A stretch of DNA of 62,169 nt, filler included, from Rhabdomonas costata (Eukaryota), in NCBI GenBank assembly GCA_019059605.1. It is 27 parts of 27 records of this genome, joined end to end, with 100 filler letters (N's around TTAATTAATTAA, not from the genome) between each part and the next. Parts side by side here need not be neighbours in the genome. Positions count along the whole stretch, not along the records: positions 11,535 to 13,751 come from JAHMHO010004848.1; positions 13,852 to 16,068 come from JAHMHO010004849.1; positions 16,169 to 18,375 come from JAHMHO010004850.1; positions 18,476 to 20,682 come from JAHMHO010004851.1; positions 20,783 to 22,988 come from JAHMHO010004852.1; positions 23,089 to 25,294 come from JAHMHO010004853.1; 21 more parts are not named here. The stretch is one strand, 5' to 3'. Below, in pieces: positions 12,453 to 23,235 of this stretch. The translations under genes were made by a program, and so were the position numbers. Each line of letters starts with the position of its first letter. Position 1 is the first letter of the stretch. A model generated the notes under the pieces. It made no database searches and was not told the origin of the DNA. It saw nothing but the letters and a program-made list of their open reading frames with translations.

Positions 12453-13405
12453 GTCCTTTTCAACCCATTAGAGATATGTATCTTGGATGGGGGGAGGTTC
12501 GTTTTTCTACTTCGTTTTTCTAGCGGGACTTAATTTTGGAGAGCAGGGGGATGTCCCATGAAGGGCAGGACGCACACAGATCAACTGCCTGCTGACTGTC
12601 CTCGTTTAACCCCTCCAAACGCTTCACACCGTCGAACTCGAACGAACAACCTTGCCAATTTTGAAGGATTTATCCTCCGATTGTGAGGATCATGTATTTG
12701 CTCTGGTAGCTGCCCCTCGTGAAGATAAGTTTTTTGCTAGGGGGTTATTGAAGCCGTGGTTATTTTTTGCTGTTGAGCGATTTCAAACGTCTCACACCGT
12801 CGCACGTTTGAGACAACCCTCCCCTCCTCCCCTCTCCCCCGAGAAAAAGTAAGGGCATATACCCCCAATCCCTCTCCGCTTTGATTCCTGCACGCTGCAC
12901 ACCACCCACTCCTGGCTTCAGGGTTCAGGGTTAGCCTGAGGGTTAGTCTGACGGTGTTTTTTTATCTTGCTGTGAGTCGGTGTCGTTTTTTTTCACGTTT
13001 GTGCTTCCATGTCATTCAGGTGAATGTGCCCGGGGCTCTTTGGGGGTTCATGTTCACCGTTTTTCTTTTTTCCTTTCCCAGGCTTCGCTGTAATGAAAGG
13101 AAGTGAATGCTGCACAAACCGTTTCTTCCCCTTTTGGGTCTTTATGTGGTTTGGCAGTTGTGTCGTAGAAACAAGGAGGCTCCAAAAGAGTAAGATGTTT
13201 GATTACCATTCAAAATCGACGTGCGGGTTCCATCGAAATCCAGTTTTGGACCACCCATTTTAATTCAATGTGTGATGAAGTGCACACTTTTTAGCAGTGT
13301 CTTTTTGTGGAGACGCGAACGAACGAGACGTGATCAGTTGGATGAAGTTGGGCGTTTGGGTGGGGTTTGCTTGGTGCTGTGTTTATTTTGTGTATGGGGT
13401 GGTAG

Positions 13406-13601
13406 GGTGTCGGAGTTCATGTCGGGCTTCACGTCGATTACGCTGCGGCTGAAGGAAATGTACCGCATGCTCAGCCTGGGTGGGGACGCCGACCTGGAGC
13501 TGGTCGACAGCCTGGACCCCTTCAGCGAGGGCATCGTGTTCAGCGTGCGGCCAAGCAAGAAGTCCTGGAAGGCCATTGCCAACCTCTCTGGAGGAGAAAA
13601 G
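13406..13601 (+). CDS. SMC4: Condensin subunit SMC4, exon from the C-terminal ATPase head
   Basis: EFMSGF..ITLRLKEMYRMLSLGGDADLELVDSLDPFSEGIVFSVRPSKKSWKAIANLSGGEK, the characteristic SMC4 signature, with AG/GT boundaries. Confidence 0.95.
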
Positions 13602-14244
13602 GTTGCACACACACACACACAACTCACGGCACCGTTCGCTCCAACGGCACCTCTCGCGAGCACCCGTGGCCAACAGCGCGTGCGCCAGTCAGTCCCCAGT
13701 GGTCACCACCAACCAGTCAACCAGTCAACCAGGCAACAGCCAGCGCGCAATNNNNNNNNNNNNNNNNNNNNNNNNNNNNNNNNNNNNNNNNNNNNTTAAT
13801 TAATTAANNNNNNNNNNNNNNNNNNNNNNNNNNNNNNNNNNNNNNNNNNNNTGGTTGTTGGTCCGTCTACCCCGTCTCGTGTAACCTCTCCTCCTAACAA
13901 ACCTTCCCGCAGGAGCAGGTTACACGAGACGGGGTAGGCGGACCAGCAAACCGCCATGAGCACGATGTAGCAAAGCTCGTTGGCGTGCTAAGGTGACAGG
14001 GGATAAACGTCACAACACGTATGAGACACTTGGCCTCAGCGAAAGGCCAAACTGGGAAAAAACTTCAATCAAGTTCGCTAGGCATCATTTGGGGCCCACC
14101 AGACACCAAAGCGTTGCGCCCACCTTCAGCAGAAATAAATCCACCACAATCAAACATAAAGCTATCCCCCTCCCCCAGAAATCGAGGGAGGCAAGGAGAA
14201 CGGAACGAGAGGGGGTGGGGGTGAGAGCCTGCAGGCACGCACAC

Positions 14245-14486
14245 CGCGGCCTGACGTCCCAGGCTGAGGATCTTCTCTGAGCTCAGCGGAGCGGCCACCA
14301 CGGACGCCGCGGCGGCCGCCCGAGCAGAGTGCAGGGAAGAGTTCAGCCGACCCAGCACTGCGTCCGCCCTCTTCAGCAGCTGCAGTAGCGCTTGGAATTC
14401 CTTTCCCGCCACACACATGCACACTGTGTTCTTGTCCTTTCCGTGGGGAAAAGACCACGGAAAATCACAACAAAAAAGGACAGACG

Positions 14487-14526
<40 letters not shown>

Positions 14527-15848
14527 CAATGCACATAGACACAGGCCTGCCGAGGGATGAATGAATCATGCGATTGGAGTGAGTTTTTCCGAAAGATCTT
14601 CCCCAGCGCCACTCATGTACCCACCAATACCGTTGAACCTGAATCCACCCCTTCTTTTGCCACAGCACGGCTCATGTCGTGCCACACTTATTCCTTTTCG
14701 CGCGGCGGCAGCGGGTACACTTCTTACTGCACAGTGGGGCTTGAACCGAGTAAACGGTTTAGGTTTCAAGCTGCCCCTGAAAAAATAGGAAGGTCCCGTG
14801 CCAGATCACCAAGAGGAGAGAACGCAGCGATTTCGCGTCGCACCGCAAGAGAGATCTGCGCCAGCTGGGTGACCCAGAAGAGACAAAGCACCGCCATTTT
14901 CCGCTCCGCCTCCAGGAGGGACTCCACAGGTGAGGGCTGCGACTGGGCTGACAGAGCCTCCACCAGCACCTGAGGACATACCCAGCCCATTGGTGAGGGA
15001 AAAGAGCTTCCACGGACAAGACAACGAAGAGGTGAAGGAAAAGAGCCCCTGCTTCAATACTGGCAAAAAAAATCGAGCGATGTTGGTCAGTACCACTGCA
15101 GTGTGAATAAGGTTGGAGACCAGGCCGTTCTCGCACAGTTCCCGGCTGACCATGCAGAGCAAAGTCCGCGCCGCTCCTGAGGCAGACATGCGATGCAGGA
15201 GGTGCGGCGTCAAGAGTTTAGCTGTGTGTAATTCTGCACAGGTTACCTCATCAGAGGACACATCGCCACCCAGCCCCCACGGAAATATCGTGCTGGAATT
15301 CAAAGACACGGCATCTTCATCTCGTTTTGCCAAGCATAAGAACGGACGGCATAAAAACAAAAAGGTGCCCGGGGAGATCGGCACCCCAGTACCAAGAAGC
15401 GACAAGCAAGCGATACGGGTGAACGTGCGGATGACCAGAGGCAGGAGATGCAAGCAATGAGTCTGATGTGTTCTCTTATAGGGAATGCTGCAACTTTTTG
15501 GTTCACAATGTAACGCGCTTATTGAGGGAGCAGAAGCTTTTATATCATATAAAAGATACAAACACGTTTTCAGCAAAGCACAAGCGGAAAACCGGTGCAA
15601 GGGCAACATTGCATAAGTTCTTGCTTTCACAGTAATCTTCGCCGATGCTCAACTAAGACCGATAAGAATTGAAAGTGGGGCGTGTGACACACAAGCAGCG
15701 CTGCAAAAACACTCTCCCAGTCACCTGTGTCCTGCGAAGCCTCGCGCAGGACAGTGAGCAGAAGGGTAAGGGTGGCCGCCCGCTGGGCCAGCACCTTTTT
15801 CAGCGGAGGGACCTGGCCCTTCTCCGCCGCCGAGAGTTTGGACTCAGC
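14245..15848 (-). CDS. Multi-exon helical hypothetical protein; exons 15848-15725, 15176-15094, 14969-~14802, 14400-14245
   Basis: Phase-compatible Leu/Ala-rich exons with AG acceptors. No family recognised. Confidence 0.6.
14427..14485. repeat. 59-bp hairpin element, copy 2 (intronic)
   Basis: Near-identical to 11203-11261; lies 26 nt from the acceptor at 14401. Confidence 0.85.
14488..14525. repeat. (CA)n microsatellite
   Basis: Seen directly. Confidence 0.95.
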
Positions 15849-16516
15849 CTGAACGCACCCCCAACAAGGAAAGAATTCAACCAGAAAGAAAAAGATTCAA
15901 GAGCCGAAGACTTCTTTGAGAGAGACAGTCATGAGATGAGACAAGTCAACGGTTCAGGCCTCTTCCCATGGGTTAGGAGGGCGAGAGGGGCAACCCGGCC
16001 CCCCACTCCATATCCATACCACCCGCAAAACGAACGAAAGTTGGATTGGTCGATTGCCCCCCACACCCNNNNNNNNNNNNNNNNNNNNNNNNNNNNNNNN
16101 NNNNNNNNNNNNTTAATTAATTAANNNNNNNNNNNNNNNNNNNNNNNNNNNNNNNNNNNNNNNNNNNNTTTGTTGGGTATGGAGCTAACTGGGGTTGCGC
16201 GAGAAACCACTGTTAGCGGTTACCCATGTCCCACGCCCCTCTTCCCTCTAGGCGCACAGTCCCACTTTCATTCTCGTGCTTTGTGGTGCACCACACTCCG
16301 CATCTATGCTCTTACTGCACTTACATATATGTTTTTGGCATCCTACTGAACGGTTAGCACTGCTGCCCAAGAGTCGGAAGTGTCGTTCCTGACAACGTTT
16401 CCTTGGGTATGGAGCTAACTGGGGTTTCGTGAGAAACAGTCCGTTCGTCCCAGGGTCCCACAATGAGTGCAGCTGCATTGATCCAGGGAGGGGCTAGGGG
16501 CGAGGTGTGCTCATAC

Positions 16517-17396
16517 GGCGCAAAGCGGGCAGGTGATCGCCACGCGCTTTCTGGAGCGCCGCAACAGCCCACAGCCGAAGCAGAGCTGTACCTCACGGTT
16601 GGTGCGCCGCGCGACAAGCAGCCGTCGCGCACACTCCAGACACAGGTTGTGGGAGCACTCCACTGCAAAAACAAAGGGGGGGGCGGGACACCACACAGCG
16701 TGAACGCCGGGCTTTACCGCCTCCTGGCAGCTGTTCTGTTGCCATTTCTTTGCTGTCTTTTTCTCCTGTATTTTCATTCCTGCGCTTTTACTCTGCAGAT
16801 TTGGAACCCTGACGAAGCTTCGCTGTTTTTCTGTTTTTTTCTTGGGTGGTGTGAAAGCCGTCTAAGTAAAGGAAACCTGGCTCTTAAATCTCGCCTTCTA
16901 TCTTGCTCGCAAACCTGAAACCGAATATTTGTACTTGTGCTGCTTTTTTTTTTGGTAGTTTTGGCGAAAAAATTCCCCTCTACAACCTCCAAATGTGGGT
17001 GTGGGTGTGAGGACCAGTCATAGGAGGAGGAAGGGAGGCGGTATTCACTGCTGGGAACCACAGGAACATGCCCAGTCGCCAGAACCGGACTTGGGGAAGC
17101 CTCTGCTGCCTGCCAAAACACAAATTTGTTTTTTGGGGTAAATTTAAAGCAGTTTGGTCGTGTCCACCCACCACAACGGGTCAAGGCTGCCTTCTGTGCT
17201 TGCTGTGCGTTTGCGTGTTTATGATGGAATGAGAATCGCAGATACGAATGCGGAATACGCATTTTAGAGGCGGGGACGTACGAATGACTGGGTTCGAAAA
17301 AAGCTCCAGGCACACGGAACACGTCAGCTCGTCTGCCATGCTCTTGTCCCGCGAGCATCTCCGGGAGCTCCGCGAGGCGAAAGAGGTGGTGGTCAT
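16517..17396 (-). CDS. RING-HC (TRIM-like) E3 ligase N-terminus; exons 17396-17282 and 16662-16517
   Basis: The phase-1 splice gives ELTCSVCLELFSNPVILECSHNLCLEC...ITCPLC, a complete C3HC4 ring. Confidence 0.9.
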
Positions 17397-18034
17397 TGGG
17401 GCTGACCCCCACCCCCCCGCCGTCCAACGGAAAGAAAGTCACCCGCAGAGTGAAACCACAAGCGCACGTTCACGATCCGGGAGTCCGTGAACTCTCCGCA
17501 CTCGGGAGTTTCAGCAGCCGACGAACCGCAATGAGGGTTACTGAGATTGAAAAAAGGCAAAGAAAAATACAAAGAATAGAAAGAGAGAGGGAGGGGGGGT
17601 TGCAACAGAGTATGCGGTCGCTGCAGCGACCAAAGAAAAACCAAAGCTACAAAAAGGCTGGAAAAATTGAAGAAAAAAAGTTCGCATCCGCACTTTCTCC
17701 GGGAGTCCTCAGATGTTCAGATGTTCAAACAGCTGAGAATCAGGGGATGAGAATAAACCAGAGTCCATAGTCCATTATAGTCCATTCGTAACCATTGTAA
17801 ATGGGATCGGTACTTCATTTTTTGAGAGATGGGAAATAAAAGATGATCAAATAATGGATTCAACTCACGTGCGGCCGGTTTCTGTCCCCGGTCCACACAC
17901 AAGTTATACAAAACGCCAAGGTCACCCCTTCCCGCACCCAACCGCCTTGTAACGTCTTGCTACTACTCACGGTGACCGCCTCAAGGCGGGAGCGTCTACT
18001 ACTCACAGTCCTGCCCTTGCTGCACATTGTTTCG

Positions 18035-18300
18035 CTAACGGGGCGGCAGCTCCACTGATGCTGTTCCTTGTTGCTCCCCGTATGCTTTGAGGGCAACTTC
18101 CATGTGTTTATGGAAGTTTTTCATGTGTGCACCCATGTCTGCGAGAGTGTCTCCCATGTTCGCCAGAGAAGTAAATCGTGTGACGACTGGAGTTCGGAGT
18201 CCCACTCCACCCAATTCAGCAACAGACATTCCAGAGTCCATGTGCTTGGCATTAGTTATCTGCGCCAGATGTGCCATCTTCGGGGGATGATGCCCTCAAG
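18035..18300 (-). mobile_element. Possible hAT transposase relic
   Basis: LRTPVVTRFTSLANMGDTL resembles the hAT LxxxxxTR(W/F)xSxxxM motif. Only this one motif is present. Confidence 0.3.
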
Positions 18301-18780
18301 AACTTGTTGCACTCCGGGGTGCAACAAGTTCTTGAGGGCATCATCCCCCGAAGATGGCACATCTGGCGCACACAANNNNNNNNNNNNNNNNNNNNNNNNN
18401 NNNNNNNNNNNNNNNNNNNTTAATTAATTAANNNNNNNNNNNNNNNNNNNNNNNNNNNNNNNNNNNNNNNNNNNNGTTGCGTAGGAATTGCAACCTGGCA
18501 CTGCGTTCTGCGGACAGCACTGTGAGGTGCGATTAATGGGAAGTCGTGCCTTCCAGTATAGTTATTTTCGAACTTTGCCGTGGCGAGAAACACATGCGTT
18601 TGAGCTCTAACCGGACGAATGTGTTGGCTCTGCTTCAAGAGTTTTCGCAAGATGTAATTTTTGAAGCTTAAGAGGACCTGTGTTGTACTATCGAGCGGCA
18701 AAGGAAAGAACCATCCGGCCGCAGTGTATGGACCCTCTTGCAGCACATTTGCTTGTAAGTTGTTTTCTCCTGGGACAAAT

Positions 18781-20682
18781 ATGGACAAGCCCCGCCTTCG
18801 GGTGGTGGTTGCTTCCAGCAATCCCGTAAAGATAAACTCCACTGGAGATGCCTTTCGTGAAGTTTTCTCCGGAACGGAGATCAGGTGCTTGCCCATTGGA
18901 ATTTCGAGCTGCGGTTTTGCTGTTCATTGTCGTTACACCTTAGTTCACCTGCTGCAGACAAGAGAACTCTAATGAAGCCGGGGATGGGCGTCTTTCTTGA
19001 GGTGACATACTGACCTGAACTGATGGTCTGAGCAGTATGCTGCGACAGCCCTTTCGCGCTGTCATTTCCTTTGGAGACCCCATGACACAGAGACTGTCAG
19101 AAGCTTTGCTTCTCCTGACGTCATCCTCACTGGGGGCATGTGGCCCCTTTATTTGTCTCTTTCCTTTGCACCGATCATACTTCTCTCACCTCCCATTCCT
19201 GTTGCGTCTCTGGCGAAGCAAGCTTGCTGCTTTCATCGTAGGTAATGGCAAAGCTGTTCAACAGATTTATGTATTAATTTCAAAGTGAATGTCCTGTTCA
19301 CGCAGGAAGGTCAGTATCTATGAAATGTATTTGCGCCACAGTGTGGAGGGGGTCGATGTGGAGTCGGGGGTGTCCCCGCAGCTCATGTCTGAGCTGGAGA
19401 CTCTTCTGGGTGCGACCAACCGCGCCCGAGGTGCGTTGGCCCGCTGCAGTGCCGCCTCCGCGGACTTTTACGTCGGTCTAGAGGGCGGGCTTTCTCTAGA
19501 GCCCGACCCCGGAGCAGGGGTGCTGCCGACCACCGCGCCTGCCCCGCGACCTCAGCTGACGTCCTATGCCTGGATTGTCGTGCTGGACTCCTCAGGGAAG
19601 GTTGCGCACAGGGGTGTCCCTCCCAACCTTGGCCGAAGGCGCTGCAAATAGACCTGTTACCCAATTTTCTCTGGGATGAGTGTGTTTGCGCACTTATGCA
19701 CGTATGTCCACCGCTGGGTGTTCATGGCTCTCGGCGCTTCGTCGCATTTCGACATCTGCGCGTGTGTTGCGATGCAGGGTTTGGGTTTGTCCGGTTCTGG
19801 TGGATTATGGAGGACGATGCCAAACTATATGTTATGTGCTCGACCTGCTCGCGGCCATCTTAAGGTATTGAGCTATACTATAACCATTATATTATGCAAA
19901 TGGAAAGAACGTTCTGAGATTTTTGTGATCGGTTTGCCGGCGAAGTGCGTAATGGGCGAAGGGCAGAAATGCATGACGCAACGAATGCACACCCATCCAA
20001 TCGCACACGCACAGCTGGGAAAGGCGCGGACTGCGACCTTCAGTTTGCCCACAAAGCTGAGTGAGCTTGTCCTTCAGGTGGCTTCTCCGCCTGGCACTTC
20101 TTCATTGCCCCCAGTACTCCACTGTGCCCGTGTTTGTTCTCTAACATTGTTGCCAAGTGATTAAACAGGACCCTATCATGGGAATCAACGCCTGCATACC
20201 TCCACTGTGTTCACGGGGAATTTTGGTTCAGCAGAGGTGTTCACGGGGCTGTCTCTTCTGAGGACTTCTTCTTCTATTCAGGCTTCCGTGTATGATATCA
20301 ATTAAATCTTTGCCCAAGAACAAGATGGATGTGAGGATTATTTTTGTCATCGATAAAAACTTTGGACGGCTGGCGTGATGGTTTTCATGTTTTCTCCGCA
20401 CAATGGTAAGTCTTCGTGCGCACTGCTGCGCTTTGTGCTTGCAAAGAATCGCGGAAGTCCCGTTGCCCTTGCCTTGGTATTTCGCTTTTTCCATGCCCTG
20501 CAGGGAATGGAGCTTGGAGCCGCGGATGACCAGCTCTTCGGGCGGGTGAACTCAAAGCAGGGCTCGGGCACTGTGGGTCACCTCACTGCAGGGCTGGTCA
20601 CGCGGAGGCACCTGTACCACCATGCCTGCCTGCTAGCTCTGATTCCTTTTATGGAGTGCAGCAGGGCGCTGCACACCCCACA
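18781..20682 (+). CDS. yjjX: Inosine/xanthosine triphosphatase (YjjX family); exons 18781-18884, 19342-19600, 20015-20077, 20504-end
   Basis: VVVASSNPVKI, VESGVSPQLMS..ETLLGATNRA, FYVGLEGG, GKARTATFSLP, GMELGAADDQLFG..NSKQGSGTVGHLTAG.VTR..LY..A..LALIPF. All three introns are GT-AG and in phase. Confidence 0.92.
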
Positions 20683-21034
20683 NNNNNNNNNNNNNNNNNN
20701 NNNNNNNNNNNNNNNNNNNNNNNNNNTTAATTAATTAANNNNNNNNNNNNNNNNNNNNNNNNNNNNNNNNNNNNNNNNNNNNGGGTTGGTTTGGGTGGAC
20801 AGGTTGTCATGTGATTGTCACTCGGGAACCTCTCCAAGCCAATCACATGACAACCTGTCCACCCGTGCGGACCTGGCAAGGCCCCGGCCGGAGCACATCA
20901 CACAGAAACAGCGGCCCGCACCTTCCATTAGCTTCGATCCATCACGGGCAGCTCTGCATTCTCGATGGTGCGGTGCAAAACTTATACACCCATGACGCGG
21001 AGATGAAGGAGCGTGGGTTGGGAGGGGCAGGCAC

Positions 21035-22031
21035 TGTATCGCCGTGGCCGGTGTAGGTCACCACGGCAGCCCCGGTGCCAGAGTCCCACAGCACGGCCCT
21101 GCCATCCTCCCCACCGCTGCACAGGTGGCGGCCGTCGGGGCTGAAGCACACGCACCACGCCCCTGTGGAAGGATGGTCCGCCGTGGGGTGGCAGAGCCTC
21201 CGCACCTCTGCCCCACTGGAGGGGTCCCACATGCTCACCCGGCCACTCATCGACGCCGAGGCGATGCGGTGTCCTAAGAATGTGAGAGAGTACACGCTCC
21301 GTCAACGGAGGTTTCTGGGTGTGCGCGTGCGTACGTTGGGTGATAGTGCGCTGGACGTTGCCTGAATGGCTGTTGATACCCAGTTTCGACTGACGCGCGC
21401 ACGCGCCGTTGGCCAGGGGCGCGGGATGATGCCCCCCCCCAACAGCCCAAACTTGATTTGGGTTCTAGTTGCGGTTCTATATTCGCTATCTGTATTCGCG
21501 ACGCTGTATGCTTGTGTGCTTGAATGCAACTGAACTGGTTCGGTTGGACAAAGGGAAGGCCGCGTATACGAACTCACGCTCCATCCAGTGGTGGCATGAT
21601 GATAATCCTACGTTGTGACGTTGGAGCCAGAGAAGTCGAGGAAGAGATACTGATAAGACACGAACCACAAACTTCTCACCAAAGATACAACCGTAGGAAC
21701 GCGCCTACTGTGTCTGGGCGAGAAGAATAAGTGCGACACGGGCGTCTGAATTTTCACGGGTTCCGCTCACCCCACGGTCTCTGTCTTGAGAGCAGGGGAT
21801 CACACTCCCCTTCCCACACACACCACAGGGGGAAAATGCACAGCCATAAACGCAGTCGTCCACCCCAGAGAAAAGCTGGGGCCGAGCCCGCCCCCGAAGC
21901 TCCTCCGCGGCTAACCGCAATCCCCGCGGGCACTGCAAAAGCACCCCAACCTGAGCCACCTCGAGGGGGTGCAGGCGGGAAAGCAAAAGCCTCCACAGCT
22001 CATCTGGAAGCAGGCGCCCCAGGGCTGTCAT
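21035..22031 (-). CDS. F-box + WD40 protein, 5' part; exons 22031-21824 and 21273-21035
   Basis: LLPDELWRLLLSRL is F-box-like; WD repeats CAFSPCGHRIASAS..VSMWD and VCFSPDGRHLCSGGEDGRAVLWD..YTGH. Confidence 0.85.
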
Positions 22032-22652
22032 TGGCGTTATCGGGAAAAGCAAATCGAGCTAAATGCGGAAATGTTATACTGCTTGTTTAAAAACGCATCA
22101 AAATTGGAGGAAGGGGTGGGGGCGCGGTGGGCAACAAAGCAAAGTAAGCGCCACAGCAACAGTTCGAGGTGACCTTCCGTAAGGTTCGTGTATCACAAAA
22201 TGCGTGACCCAATCCCACCGTGGCCCAAACTCCCATCAGCGCATCCAAAGGCAGCCATTCTCTTCTCTCCCCGCAACGAGAAGACCGTGCAACCACCTCT
22301 CTCCTGCAATGGATTTGCCAACTCCACAACGAGATAATTCGGACTGGAAAAGGAACGCAAAAGCAAGCGCGGAGGCGTCGCGCCGGCCAGGTCGAAGAAT
22401 ACAGTGTACACATCAAGTGCAAGGCTGCTCCAGTAGCACTCTTCCGCATTCCACTCAATCTCACACATCTGGCATCCCATGCACGACATTCACCTTCGCC
22501 AAGCACCCCCCCCCAGGGACTCTCAAGCGCCGCGGCCAAGCCAACGGCCACCAGATCCACCGGGATGGTTTCGAGAGGGGGAGGTATACAAACCCACAAC
22601 TTGTCGTCAACCAAAAGTCAGCCCCAAGTTCCGCCCGTGTTCCCGCCCCCAC

Positions 22653-22937
22653 TCATTCAAAGAAGTCGAACCCCGGGACGACGGACTCGGGCACGGACAG
22701 GGTGGCGGGGCGCTCGATGGGCCACAGCGAGGCCTTGGTGGGCCACAGCAGGCCGTCGGGCTTTAAGCCAAGAGTGATGCTCCATTGGCTGCGGCTCCCG
22801 GCGTCGTCCCAGATATCCTCCACCTTGTACGGGCACCCCCGCTGGGCTATGCTCTCGTGCACGCATGCGAAATCGGACTCCTTGATGTCCGGCTTGTCTC
22901 GGGCCCCCTCATGGGCGCCGAAGTCCAGGAAGACCCC
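22653..22937 (-). CDS. Terminal exon of a hypothetical protein
   Basis: Strongly codon-biased block GVFLDFGAHEGARDKPDIKESDF...VVPGFDFFE followed by a stop. Confidence 0.6.
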   Translation of the reverse strand, partial: GVFLDFGAHEGARDKPDIKESDFACVHESIAQRGCPYKVEDIWDDAGSRSQWSITLGLKPDGLLWPTKASLWPIERPATLSVPESVVPGFDFFE

Positions 22938-23235
22938 CTTACCGATTTGTGAGAGAACGCTCGTGAGAGAACATTTACCACCCCCAACNNNNNNNNNNNN
23001 NNNNNNNNNNNNNNNNNNNNNNNNNNNNNNNNTTAATTAATTAANNNNNNNNNNNNNNNNNNNNNNNNNNNNNNNNNNNNNNNNNNNNGGTTGGTGGTTT
23101 CCAAGGGAAATGGCAGCACTCCCACACCCTCCAACCTCCACCGTGCTAGTTCCTAGGAATAGCAGCACTTTCCGACGTGCAACCTATTTTCGAATCCTAA
23201 AAGAATGGAGATGGCTGACGCAAAGGGTCCCATAC

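Noticed and set aside
16175..16437. Direct repeat gggtatggagctaactggggtt (16175 and 16405)
   Set aside because: Two diverged intronic copies at a contig edge; no array or function can be supported.
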